Origin: an uncultured Candidatus Saccharibacteria bacterium
GTDB lineage: Bacteria; Patescibacteriota; UBA1384; XYA2-FULL-43-10; 1-14-0-10-43-13
DNA length: 64,000 nt
Assembly (NCBI GenBank): GCA_964406145.1
Contig: CAYOQP010000005.1
Location: 834-64,833, forward strand
Reading direction: 5' to 3'
Shown here: positions 18,126-27,273 of the stretch, in pieces
How the letters are laid out: every line of letters begins with the position of its first letter
Position numbering within the stretch: position 1 is the stretch's first letter
Notes under the pieces: generated by a model
Told to the model about the DNA's origin: nothing
The model's database searches: none
What the model saw: the letters and a program-made list of their open reading frames with translations, nothing else
Program-made: the position numbers and the translations under genes

Positions 18126-18950
18126 ATGAACGAAATTAAAAGTTTTGACAAGACCCTTATTAACTATTCGATTGAACGGAAAAAGAGCAAGACTTTTCTT
18201 GTTTTTGTTCACGGTGCTGGTGGCAGCTTAACCGCTTGGAAAAAGGAGCGGGATTTTTTTCATAGCAAGGATGTTTCAACATTGGCAATTGATCTACGGG
18301 GCCATGGACTATCTGGGAGGCCCAAAAAAATTAGAGATTATGGGTTGGATAATTTCGCCAAAGATATAAAGGCCGTATTGGATGTTGAAAAAATCGAGAA
18401 TTTCATTTTAATTGGTCACTGTTTTGGCGGAATGGTTACGATAGAATTTCAGAAACTTTATCCGAATTTGGCCAAAAGTTATATCTTGGTCGACACAACG
18501 TCAAAGGCGCCCCAGAAATTGAGAGCAGCGAGAATACTAAGCTCCCCAGTGTTTCTCATACTCAATTCTTTACTGACTATACACAGTCTGTTGCCCCTAA
18601 AGGGCCAGAATCATCAGGAGGATTTCGATAAATTTGCCGGAACAGGAGATTGGAATCTGCGCAGAATCTACTCTGATATTTCACACACCTCTCTCCGCTC
18701 ATGGTTTTTTACCTATCAGCACGTCGCTAGCTTTGATGGCTCAAAAGTTCTACAAGGTATTAAAGTTCCGGTTCTAATAATTCATGGCGAAAAAGACGGA
18801 ATCTTTAGTGTTGATAGAGCCAAAGAGACAAATGCATTAATCGAAAAGTCAATTCTTGATATAATTCCAGAAGAGAATCATATTATTGTGTTAAACAGTC
18901 CCATACTGGTAGCTGAAAAAATTTATACTTTTTGTAAAAATTTAATTTGA
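18126..18950 (+). CDS. Alpha/beta-fold hydrolase
   Basis: HGAGGS and nucleophile-elbow GHCFGG motifs; His near the C-terminus. Confidence 0.85.
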   Translation: MNEIKSFDKTLINYSIERKKSKTFLVFVHGAGGSLTAWKKERDFFHSKDVSTLAIDLRGHGLSGRPKKIRDYGLDNFAKDIKAVLDVEKIENFILIGHCFGGMVTIEFQKLYPNLAKSYILVDTTSKAPQKLRAARILSSPVFLILNSLLTIHSLLPLKGQNHQEDFDKFAGTGDWNLRRIYSDISHTSLRSWFFTYQHVASFDGSKVLQGIKVPVLIIHGEKDGIFSVDRAKETNALIEKSILDIIPEENHIIVLNSPILVAEKIYTFCKNLI

Positions 18951-18963
18951 GATTGCAATTATA

Positions 18964-19509
18964 ATGCAGAAGGAATTTGAAACACAAGTATTGAATATTG
19001 ACGAAGCCGACATCAGAGCTAAGCTGAAAAAACTTGGAGCCAAGGAAGAGCCTAAAAAATCTCATCGGCGCTGGGTCTATGATATCAACCCTCACGGTTG
19101 TTCAGAGTGGGTTCGCCTCCGCACAGATGGGAAAAAGACTACAATCTGTTATAAACTCAGGAAAGATAATTCACCAACCGGGACAGAAGAAATAGAGGTC
19201 GAAGTTGATGACTTCGAAAAAACTGCCGAGCTTCTCTCTAAGCTTAGTTTTTATTTCGAAAAATATTATCAGGAAAATATCAGTCAGATTTACCGGCTAG
19301 ACGATATTGAATTTAAGATCGACAAATGGCCGATGATTCCAACAATGTTTGAAATTGAAGCCAAAAGCGAGAAAGGTGTTGCCAGAGGACTGGAACTACT
19401 TGGCCTCACTGGTCGCGAATACGGTCATCATGGACATGTGAGAATTTACAAAGATTATGGTATCGACCTTCATGATCTTAAGGAATTGAAATTTGATGAA
19501 AAAAAATAA
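18964..19509 (+). CDS. CYTH-domain protein (triphosphate tunnel metalloenzyme, class IV adenylate cyclase/triphosphatase-like)
   Basis: N-terminus EFETQVLNIDEADIRAKLKKLGA matches the EXEXK-type CYTH start. Alternating charged beta-strands. 181 aa. Confidence 0.5.
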   Translation: MQKEFETQVLNIDEADIRAKLKKLGAKEEPKKSHRRWVYDINPHGCSEWVRLRTDGKKTTICYKLRKDNSPTGTEEIEVEVDDFEKTAELLSKLSFYFEKYYQENISQIYRLDDIEFKIDKWPMIPTMFEIEAKSEKGVARGLELLGLTGREYGHHGHVRIYKDYGIDLHDLKELKFDEKK

Positions 19510-20134
19510 GATAAAACTCTTAATATTTGACTTTGATTTTACCCTCGTCGATTCGATGAAGGCGATGCTTCGAGTTCGCAAAGACCTCAAGGATTTGTAT
19601 GGACTTGCTATGAGCGATCGACCCGAAAAAATAATATGGGGCAGTAATATTTCCCAAAATGCCCTCTGGCTCAAAGAGTGGAATCATTCCCCTCTTTCTG
19701 TTTCTGAAATTGCTGATCTTATCACAAAATATGTGAACATTTATTATCCAAAATTAGAAATAATCTATCCCGAATTATTTTTAGATTGGATGAAAGAAGA
19801 AAAACTTTTGGCTGTTGTTTCGAGCTGTAGCGACGAAGCCCTCAAGAAAACTTTTGCAAATCCAGCAAATAGAAAAATAAAATTCGAATTAGTCCTGCAA
19901 TCAGATAAAAATATTGATAAATCTCACTGCATCGAAAAATGCCTATCGGACTTGAAAATTTATAAGGACGAAGCAATATATATTGGCGATCATACCAATG
20001 ACATCCAGGCGGCGAAGAAAGCAGGAGTATTGTCTTGCGGTATCACAACTGGCTGGTGTGATAAAGAGGAATTATTAAGCGCAGAACCTGATATTGTTAT
20101 TGATAATTTGAAGGAATTAAATAAATTTATTTAA
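19493..20134 (+). CDS. HAD-superfamily hydrolase (phosphatase)
   Basis: Motif I LLIFDFDFTLVDS (DxDxT) and motif III YIGDHTNDIQAAKKAG. Confidence 0.85.
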   Translation: MMKKNKIKLLIFDFDFTLVDSMKAMLRVRKDLKDLYGLAMSDRPEKIIWGSNISQNALWLKEWNHSPLSVSEIADLITKYVNIYYPKLEIIYPELFLDWMKEEKLLAVVSSCSDEALKKTFANPANRKIKFELVLQSDKNIDKSHCIEKCLSDLKIYKDEAIYIGDHTNDIQAAKKAGVLSCGITTGWCDKEELLSAEPDIVIDNLKELNKFI

Positions 20135-20142
20135 GGAGAAAA

Positions 20143-20343
20143 ATGGAAAAAATAAATCCCTACGTTCACCCCGAGGCACCAGCCGTAACTCCACCGCCAC
20201 CAGCACAAAACATTGCTGATAAAGATCCGAGAAAAGAGCCGCCTGTTTCAGAAATAGATCCTCGAGATAAAATCGAAGAACCAACCAAAAAAGTACCTTC
20301 ACCAGATGAGAATATAGGTCGAAACTTTGATAGTTATGGATAA
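20143..20343 (+). CDS. Small Pro-rich hypothetical protein
   Basis: ORF with upstream aaggag RBS; 66 aa, P/E/K-rich. Confidence 0.3.
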   Translation: MEKINPYVHPEAPAVTPPPPAQNIADKDPRKEPPVSEIDPRDKIEEPTKKVPSPDENIGRNFDSYG

Positions 20344-20956
20344 ATTATCAATGAACAACCGTCTTAAAAAAATCTTTGATTTTCTTTGCGAAATAGAAAA
20401 ATTGAAACTCGTCGAGCGTATTCCCTATCTTTCCGATAAAAAAAGGCAAGAAAATGACGCCGAGCATTCTTGGCATTTAGCAATGATGTTGCTCGCCCTA
20501 GAGGGCGAATTTGAAAATAAATTTGATTTTTTTAGAACTCTCAAAATCATCCTTGTCCACGATTTGATAGAAATCCACACCGGAGATGATTGGGTTACAA
20601 CGAAAGAAGAAAAAGAGCTTAAAAGAGTTAGAGAAACAGAAGCAGCAGATAAAATATTTGCCATATTACCCAAAGATTTAGAGAAAGAATTCCGAGGCTT
20701 GTGGGAGGAATACGATCAAGGCAAGACAATGGAGGCTAAGATCGCCAAAGGGCTCGACAAACTTAGCTATTCACTCCAACATTCGCTGTCAAAAAAGATC
20801 AATTGGCACGAAAATGCTGACGCCATCGAATCAACCAGAAACTACGCTATGCCTTATATAAAAAATGAAAAAGCCATGATTGAAATGTTTGAACACTTGA
20901 TGACCGAAAGAGCCTCTCACCATGATGAATTTGAGTGGGTCAAACGAATTAAATAA
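20327..20956 (+). CDS. HD-domain phosphohydrolase (YfbR-like 5'-deoxynucleotidase family)
   Basis: HSWHLAMMLL ... LVHDLIEIHTGD (H..HD..D metal-binding motifs). Confidence 0.8.
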   Translation: MIVMDKLSMNNRLKKIFDFLCEIEKLKLVERIPYLSDKKRQENDAEHSWHLAMMLLALEGEFENKFDFFRTLKIILVHDLIEIHTGDDWVTTKEEKELKRVRETEAADKIFAILPKDLEKEFRGLWEEYDQGKTMEAKIAKGLDKLSYSLQHSLSKKINWHENADAIESTRNYAMPYIKNEKAMIEMFEHLMTERASHHDEFEWVKRIK

Positions 20957-20976
20957 GCAATAATTTTGCACCAATA

Positions 20977-21006
20977 AAAGATGTCACGCACAGGACGTCT
21001 TTTTTG
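20977..21006 (+). terminator. Rho-independent terminator
   Basis: aaagatgtc-acgcacag-gacgtcttt stem followed by a T6 run. Confidence 0.55.
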
Positions 21007-21094
21007 TATCTATCCACAGAGACAAAAGCATGGAATTAGAATATAATTTTGACAATTTGGGCCAGAATCTATCCCCGTTTTAGGAGGTTACCAT

Positions 21095-21313
21095 ATGTCT
21101 GATGTGTGCGTTCAGTGCGCAAAACGCAAAGAAACAGGCCCCAAGGCCTGCCTCTCCTGTGAAATCAGCGAGGCCGGGCACCACCGGTGCCAACACTGCC
21201 ACGCCGCAGTAAAAGACGGCGCGCTCCAGTGCTCAATCTGCTTCGCGATCCAACGCGAGCATTTCCCCAGTCCCGACCCCCTACTCTTGTCACAATTCAA
21301 TCCAGGAATGTGA
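21095..21313 (+). CDS. GC-rich small Cys-rich protein (4x CxxC)
   Basis: Perfect SD (ttaggaggttaccatATG). Motifs CVQC..CLSC..CQHC..CSIC. Codon usage is GC-rich, unlike the flanking genes. Confidence 0.45.
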   Translation: MSDVCVQCAKRKETGPKACLSCEISEAGHHRCQHCHAAVKDGALQCSICFAIQREHFPSPDPLLLSQFNPGM

Positions 21314-21325
21314 CCCGTGCCGGCG

Positions 21326-21352
21326 CGCGATAGATCTAATCTATCGCGTTTG
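21326..21352 (+). terminator. Terminator hairpin cgcgatagat-cta-atctatcgcg followed by TTTG
   Basis: 10-bp perfect inverted repeat. Confidence 0.55.
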
Positions 21353-21356
21353 CCAT

Positions 21357-22670
21357 TTGTTTTGCTTTGCAGAAGAAAAAGCTATACTTGTGATGCAGAT
21401 GAAAAATAAAGTTGAAAAAATATTTGATTTCTTGGAGATCTCCGAGCAATTAAAGAATACGAAACGTTGGAAAAACGTTCCACAGATGAAGAAAAAGGAA
21501 ACAAGCGCAGACCACACTTGGCATGTCGCCCTTTTGGCCTGTCTGTTCGATAAAGAATTAGATTTTGAAATTGATTTTCTGAAAGCGATACAAATAATTA
21601 TAATCCATGATCTGGTTGAGGCTATCACCGACGATATTGATTACGTCCAATTTTTTAAAGGCCTAGCCGATCCCAAAGATAAAGACAGAAATGAGAAATT
21701 AGCTATTGCAAAAATAAGAAGTGTGTTGCCAGAAAAAAGTGGCAAGATTATCTTCGATCTTTGGCAGGAATACGAAGATAAAAGTTCGAATGAGGGCAAA
21801 TTTGCTTACGCTATGGACAAAATCGAGGGCCTGCATCATATGGTCCATACCGGACACGAATGTTTTCACTTTGCCGAGATAATCGGAACATATCCCAATA
21901 AAGCTGTAGCAGGTTTTCCCAAACTCAAATCAGTCCTTTGTGAGCACAAGAAAAGAGCAAAAACAGAAATGGAAAAACACGGCTGGGATTGGAAAGGTGA
22001 ATATAGTCTAGATGGCACAAATGATACAAAATCGACTAAAGAAATAGAACAAATTTTTGACTTCATCGAGATTTCCGAAAACCTCAAAGATACCAGGAGA
22101 TATCTCAACACGAAGGAAATGAAACAAAAGGAATCTAGCGCTGAACATTCTTGGCATGTAGCCCTAATCTCGATGATTGTTTTTTATGAATTTGATCTTA
22201 AAGTCGATCTTTTGAAATCAATCAAAATGGCTTTGGTTCATGACTTACCAGAGTCGATAGCTGGCGATACTGACTATTCTCTAGTTGCTTGGGGCATTAA
22301 AACAAAAGAGGAAAAACACGATATGGAGTTGGCGGCAATCAAAGAAATAAGAAAAAGATTGCCCAAGAAATCTGGTCAAGAAATCTACAATCTTTGGCAA
22401 GAATACGAGCAATCCGAGACAGCTGAAGCCAAATTTATTAAAGCGGTAGACAAAATAGAAGGCATAAATCATATGCTTGTTTTAGGACATGAATGCTTTG
22501 ATCATCCAGAGCTAATAGCTCCATATCCAAATAAAGCTGTCAAAAAATTCCCTGAAATCAAAGCAATGCTTATAGAATTACACGATCGCTTGAAGCCAAA
22601 ATTTGAAAAACTGGGCTGGCCGTGGCTTGAAGAATATGCAAAATTCTTAAACAAGGAAGAAAATGAATAA
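21357..22670 (+). CDS. Tandem double HD-domain phosphohydrolase
   Basis: Two HD units: HTWHVALLACL..IIIHDLVEAITDD and HSWHVALISMI..LVHDLPESIAGD. The true start may be the Met at 21393. Confidence 0.8.
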   Translation: MFCFAEEKAILVMQMKNKVEKIFDFLEISEQLKNTKRWKNVPQMKKKETSADHTWHVALLACLFDKELDFEIDFLKAIQIIIIHDLVEAITDDIDYVQFFKGLADPKDKDRNEKLAIAKIRSVLPEKSGKIIFDLWQEYEDKSSNEGKFAYAMDKIEGLHHMVHTGHECFHFAEIIGTYPNKAVAGFPKLKSVLCEHKKRAKTEMEKHGWDWKGEYSLDGTNDTKSTKEIEQIFDFIEISENLKDTRRYLNTKEMKQKESSAEHSWHVALISMIVFYEFDLKVDLLKSIKMALVHDLPESIAGDTDYSLVAWGIKTKEEKHDMELAAIKEIRKRLPKKSGQEIYNLWQEYEQSETAEAKFIKAVDKIEGINHMLVLGHECFDHPELIAPYPNKAVKKFPEIKAMLIELHDRLKPKFEKLGWPWLEEYAKFLNKEENE

Positions 22671-23532
22671 CTTGGAACTTGGGATACTTTTGGGCTTAAT
22701 TGCTTTAATAAGCGGCGGACTTTCTAACGCCATGGTAAAGACACCTTCTCAAGTTGAGGGGGTAAATAAAACAATATTCTATAGAAATCTATTTATTACA
22801 ATTTTGCTTCTGGCTCTAGTCATATTAACACCAGATAAAACAAATTTCAGTTGGAAATATGCAATTTTTACTTTTCTCCTGGCAATTTTCGGCTACATCC
22901 CAATGTATTATTATTACAAAGCGACTACAGTCGGTAAAATTGGTGTCGTCTCACCAGTATCGTCAGGAAATATCTTAATAGCCATAATCTTAGCAACAAT
23001 ATTTTTCCATGAAAGACTGACATCATTGCAATACCTCGCTATTGCAGTCATTATTTTTGGCGTTGTTTTGATTTCTCTTAATGTTAAAGACTTCAAATCA
23101 TCAAAGATTTTTCAAGTTGAAAGCGGCATACCATATGCCCTTATTGCCGCTTTGGGTTGGGGAATTTGGATGGCTTTTGTAAAAATATCAATCGATAATC
23201 TGGGTCCATATCTTGCCTCATTCATCGGAGAACTAACTATTTTGTTGATTGCGACATTCCTGCTTATAAAATCCAAAGAAAATTTTGGACTGAAAACAAA
23301 TAAATCATTATATTTCTTACTTCCTATAGCAATTTTTCTTTTTGCCTGGGAAATCGGCTATTATACCGGATTAAAAGTAGCTAACGTCAGTATTATTGTT
23401 GCGCTCTCCTCTGCCAGCCCAATAGTTGTCGCTCTTTTTGGCCGATTTTTTTACAAAGAAAAACTGTCTTCAAAACAGTATATGGCAATAATGATTATAA
23501 TTATTGGAATGATAGCGCTCTCAATAAAATAA
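22663..23532 (+). CDS. EamA/DMT-family transporter
   Basis: 10 predicted TM helices; two EamA-like repeats; 289 aa. Confidence 0.75.
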   Translation: MNNLELGILLGLIALISGGLSNAMVKTPSQVEGVNKTIFYRNLFITILLLALVILTPDKTNFSWKYAIFTFLLAIFGYIPMYYYYKATTVGKIGVVSPVSSGNILIAIILATIFFHERLTSLQYLAIAVIIFGVVLISLNVKDFKSSKIFQVESGIPYALIAALGWGIWMAFVKISIDNLGPYLASFIGELTILLIATFLLIKSKENFGLKTNKSLYFLLPIAIFLFAWEIGYYTGLKVANVSIIVALSSASPIVVALFGRFFYKEKLSSKQYMAIMIIIIGMIALSIK

Positions 23533-23587
23533 CCGCCCCGAACCAAATGTGTGTATGGTTGGGGCGGGAAGGCTTCCCTGATGCTGG

Positions 23588-23785
23588 TCAGGAAAGGCGG
23601 ACGGTCGCCTGGCGTTCTTCGCCGGTATTCTGACCAGTCCAGGTGACGATGGCATGAACGCCGTCGAGTTGGCCGACAACTCGCACCTCGCCATCTTTCG
23701 GCGGATCAGTCGACAAGAAGTTGGTCTCAACTTCATCGGAGACATGGGCTGTGATACCCTTAACACGAAACGTCTGATCGGGCAT
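23588..23785 (-). CDS. GC-rich small hypothetical protein (65 aa)
   Basis: aaggagg SD followed by an ATG that begins MPDQTFRVKGITAHV. The ORF track extends the frame to 23860 but the SD supports 23785. Confidence 0.35.
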   Translation of the reverse strand: MPDQTFRVKGITAHVSDEVETNFLSTDPPKDGEVRVVGQLDGVHAIVTWTGQNTGEERQATVRLS

Positions 23786-23865
23786 GGCTTCCTCCTTTAT
23801 AGATGCCAAGAATTGGGAAGATTGTGCTTGCAGGATAACACTTATTATGAATTTGAGCAAGACTA

Positions 23866-23892
23866 AAATAGCCCCACTTAGTGGGGCTATTT
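23866..23892. terminator. Bidirectional terminator aaatagccccac-tta-gtggggctattt
   Basis: 12-bp perfect inverted repeat with T runs on both strands, immediately downstream of the PEP synthase stop. Confidence 0.65.
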
Positions 23893-23901
23893 TATATACA
23901 C

Positions 23902-26223
23902 CTATCTATCAATCACATTGGAAAGCAACAGCCTTCTCTCTACCGAAGCTATTAGCTTTTTGGTTGCGACAGCTACGTCTGGGGTTACAGAAACGCTAGT
24001 TGTGCCTGCTTTTACCATCATTTCGGTAATTTCCGGGTAAACACTTGGTGCTTGGCCACATATCGAACAAGTGACATTGTTCTTTCGACAGGTCTTAATC
24101 ACATATTCGATTGACATTCTGACTGCCTCGTCACGTTCATCGAAAAGCTTAGCCAGAGTCTGATTATCGCGGTCAACTCCGAGAGTCAGCTGAGTTAAAT
24201 CATTCGAACCGATTGAGACGCCATCAATACCAAGAGCAATAAATTTCTCAAGAAGAATCACATTTGAAGGAATTTCACACATCATCCAGATTTTGAAATC
24301 TGGCCCCTGCTTCAGTCCGCCCTGTTCGATCAATTTCATGCATTCTGTCATTTCGGTTATTGTGCGAACAAAAGGCACCATAATCCAAAGATTTTTCAGA
24401 TCATATTCTTCTCTAATCTTCTTAATCGCCTTCAATTCAAGGGCGAACATATCCGGTTCAGCAATATATCTTGAGGCACCACGGTAACCAATCATCGGGT
24501 TGTCTTCGACTGGCTCATACTTTTCGCCACCTTTTAAACCTTTATATTCATTCGTCTTAAAATCTGTTGCTCGATAAACCACCGGTCTTGGCGCGAAAGC
24601 AGAAGCTATTTCCTTAATCCCATCAACTAAAGCATTGACGTATTGTTCACTTCTACCAGCCGCGACCATCGCCTTGGGGTGCTCGCCAAGGTTCGCTATG
24701 ATAAACTCAGCTCGAAGTAAACCGACACCATCCACGGGTAATTTTGCTACCTCGGCGGCAAGTTGAGGCTCGCCTAAATTCACATAGACTTTTGTGCCAG
24801 TGACTGGAATCTCTTCAGAAATCATCGACCCGGAACCTTCGACCTTTCCGGCGACTTCCTTCTTTAGTTCTTTATTGGAGACTTTGCCCTTAAAGACCAG
24901 GCCTTTAGCACCATCAACGGTGATTATTTGGCCATTTTTAAGGACATGAGTCGCTGTGCCGGTACCAACAACACAGGGAATCCCCAACTCTCTTGAGACA
25001 ATCGAGGCATGACATGTCCTGCCGCCCGTGTCAGTGACAATTGCGACAGCCTTCCTCATCGCCGGAACATAATCAGGAGTCGTCATTTCAGTGACCAAGA
25101 CATCGCCGTCCTTGACCTTATCTATTTCAGTTGGTTTGTGAATAATTTTGACTGGACCAAAAGCGGCGCCAAGTGATGCGGCCGCACCTTTGAGTAAAAT
25201 CTCTGCCTTACTTTCATCAATTTCTCCGCCGCCTGATGAAACTGATTTCTGCTTATCTTTGCCTTTATTGAGAGTTGTGATCGGTCGAGATTGAACGAAG
25301 TAAACCTTGCCGTCTTCTATCGCCCATTCTGTATCCTGAGGCTTACCGTAATGCTTTTCGATTTTAACGCCGATTTCGGCCAACTTTAAGATTTGTTCAT
25401 CAGTAATTTTCTGAGTTTTCTGTTTATCTTTCGGCACTCGAATATGTTTGTCGCCATTTTTTCCATCTTTAACAATCTGCCAGATCTGCTCGTTGATTTC
25501 ACGGCTTACGATCTGCATCGTATTTTTATCGACGACATATCGATCGGGATTAATTTCACCCAGAACGACTGCCTCGCCAAGTCCGCAACCAGCATCGATG
25601 ACTAGATGATCGGGATTCTGGTCGACTGGGTCAACCGTGAATAAGATACCGGCATTATCAGAATCAACCATATTTTGAACTGGGGCGGATAGACCGACCT
25701 GCAAATGATCATACTTATTAATGACTCGATAATAGATTGCTCGAGCCTCAAAGAGCGAAGCGTAGCACTTTTGAACCGATTTAACGACCGCATCAGGAGT
25801 TTGAATATTGAGATACGTGCTTTGTTGACCAGCGAATGAAGCGTCTGGCAGGTCTTCCGCAGTAGCCGAAGATCTGACCGCCACAGGAAAACCACCCAAT
25901 TTGTGATAGGCCTCTTTGATTTCTTTGGCCAAATCCTCTGGCATCTTGGCGTTTACTATCGTTTTCTTAATCTCTCTAGCAACAGCATTTAATCTCTTGT
26001 TGTCTTCGGCGTTCAACCCCTTTAGCGCCTTAGCCAAACCATCCTTAATACCAGTTTGCTCGAGAAAATAATAGTAAGCTTGAGCCGTAACACAAAAACC
26101 ATTTGGAACAGGAATTCCAGCGTTGGTGAGCTCTCCTAGATTGGCACCTTTACCTCCAACCAAAGCAATGTCATTCTTGTGAATATCTTTAAACCACAAG
26201 ATGAACGGTTTCGTCTTCGCCAC
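23902..26223 (-). CDS. ppsA: Phosphoenolpyruvate synthase / pyruvate,water dikinase family
   Basis: N-terminal ATP-grasp region with VGGKGANLGEL. Phospho-His swivel domain GGRTCHASIVSRELGIPCVVG. C-terminal PEP-utilising TIM barrel. 773 aa. Confidence 0.8.
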   Translation of the reverse strand: MAKTKPFILWFKDIHKNDIALVGGKGANLGELTNAGIPVPNGFCVTAQAYYYFLEQTGIKDGLAKALKGLNAEDNKRLNAVAREIKKTIVNAKMPEDLAKEIKEAYHKLGGFPVAVRSSATAEDLPDASFAGQQSTYLNIQTPDAVVKSVQKCYASLFEARAIYYRVINKYDHLQVGLSAPVQNMVDSDNAGILFTVDPVDQNPDHLVIDAGCGLGEAVVLGEINPDRYVVDKNTMQIVSREINEQIWQIVKDGKNGDKHIRVPKDKQKTQKITDEQILKLAEIGVKIEKHYGKPQDTEWAIEDGKVYFVQSRPITTLNKGKDKQKSVSSGGGEIDESKAEILLKGAAASLGAAFGPVKIIHKPTEIDKVKDGDVLVTEMTTPDYVPAMRKAVAIVTDTGGRTCHASIVSRELGIPCVVGTGTATHVLKNGQIITVDGAKGLVFKGKVSNKELKKEVAGKVEGSGSMISEEIPVTGTKVYVNLGEPQLAAEVAKLPVDGVGLLRAEFIIANLGEHPKAMVAAGRSEQYVNALVDGIKEIASAFAPRPVVYRATDFKTNEYKGLKGGEKYEPVEDNPMIGYRGASRYIAEPDMFALELKAIKKIREEYDLKNLWIMVPFVRTITEMTECMKLIEQGGLKQGPDFKIWMMCEIPSNVILLEKFIALGIDGVSIGSNDLTQLTLGVDRDNQTLAKLFDERDEAVRMSIEYVIKTCRKNNVTCSICGQAPSVYPEITEMMVKAGTTSVSVTPDVAVATKKLIASVERRLLLSNVIDR

Positions 26224-26240
26224 ATTCCCTCCAATATTTT

Positions 26241-26684
26241 TTATAGTAACTCTTCTAAAATCTTCTTAGTGTTGTCGATCGAATAGCCTCGCCCAAGTAA
26301 GAAACGTCCTAATTTTTCATACCTTCTCTCTGGTGGAATGTTTTTCTTCTTGAGCCAGTTTTGAGCCAGTTCTTTCGCAGTCTCGTATTCAGAATCATTA
26401 TCAATATCGCCTAATTTTTCCTCAACCAAGTCTCGATCAAGACCAAATTTCTTAAGTTGATTCCTGATCTTATAGACACCCTGAGAACGGAACTGTAATT
26501 GCTTGATGTAATTTTCAGTAAATCTGGCATCATCAAGAAAATTTTTGTCTCTCAAAAAATCAATTGTCTTTGTGATTTCCTCTGGCAGGTATTCTCTATT
26601 CTTCATCTTCTGCTCTATCTCGGCGACACTTCTGTCTCGAAGCTCAAGAAGATAAAGGGCATACTCAAGCGGCTTCTTTTTCAT
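26241..26684 (-). CDS. recX: Regulatory protein RecX
   Basis: RecX-like helical repeats (ALYLLELRDRSVAEIEQKM); position immediately downstream of recA. Confidence 0.75.
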   Translation of the reverse strand: MKKKPLEYALYLLELRDRSVAEIEQKMKNREYLPEEITKTIDFLRDKNFLDDARFTENYIKQLQFRSQGVYKIRNQLKKFGLDRDLVEEKLGDIDNDSEYETAKELAQNWLKKKNIPPERRYEKLGRFLLGRGYSIDNTKKILEELL

Positions 26685-27229
26685 TACGCGGAATGTGTCT
26701 CTGGATTCGGGTCAATATCTTTTGGTTCTTCGACTTTAAGTGTGTCTTCTTCTGGATCGGTCGTTTCGGCCTCATTCCCTAGCGTAACTTCACCACCACC
26801 AAAGACAATTTCTTGATCCAACGAATACATCTGAGAAGGAGAATTCAAACTAGCCCTAACTTTGTCTCCGGGAAGAAACTCGAGCTCTACATTTTTTACC
26901 ATTGGCTCAGCCAGAGGATTAAAGCCTGCGGCCTTAAGACTATTAAAAAGTTCTGGAGATTCTGATCCAGGCGACCAGAGCTGTAATATAGGCACATTTC
27001 CACGTATACCATCTCTTAGCTCAGCTCTTAATGATTCAGCAAAAGAATCTATCTTCTGAACTTTTTGTTCAGCAACTTCAACTCCTCTTTGATGACCCTG
27101 AGCTTGATAAAACAATCTGTCTCTTTCATTGTGCGCTCTTAATAAATCAGAGAAAAATTGAACTGCTCTATCGATTTGTTCTGAAGTAAGCTTAATCCTT
27201 TGTTCGTCAACCATTTTTGCCTTTCTCAT
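26684..27229 (-). CDS. Hypothetical protein between recA and recX
   Basis: 181-aa ORF with host-like AT-rich codon usage and a coiled-coil-like N-terminus. Confidence 0.4.
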   Translation of the reverse strand: MRKAKMVDEQRIKLTSEQIDRAVQFFSDLLRAHNERDRLFYQAQGHQRGVEVAEQKVQKIDSFAESLRAELRDGIRGNVPILQLWSPGSESPELFNSLKAAGFNPLAEPMVKNVELEFLPGDKVRASLNSPSQMYSLDQEIVFGGGEVTLGNEAETTDPEEDTLKVEEPKDIDPNPETHSA

Positions 27230-27273
27230 CCGGAACGCCCCGGAGACAACAAATTATTTATACGAATATTTCT

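Noticed and set aside
20425-20673. 82-aa antisense ORF inside the HD-domain gene and 62-aa ORF antisense to the Cys-rich ORF (21112-21300)
   Set aside because: They are antisense to better-supported genes and have no RBS.
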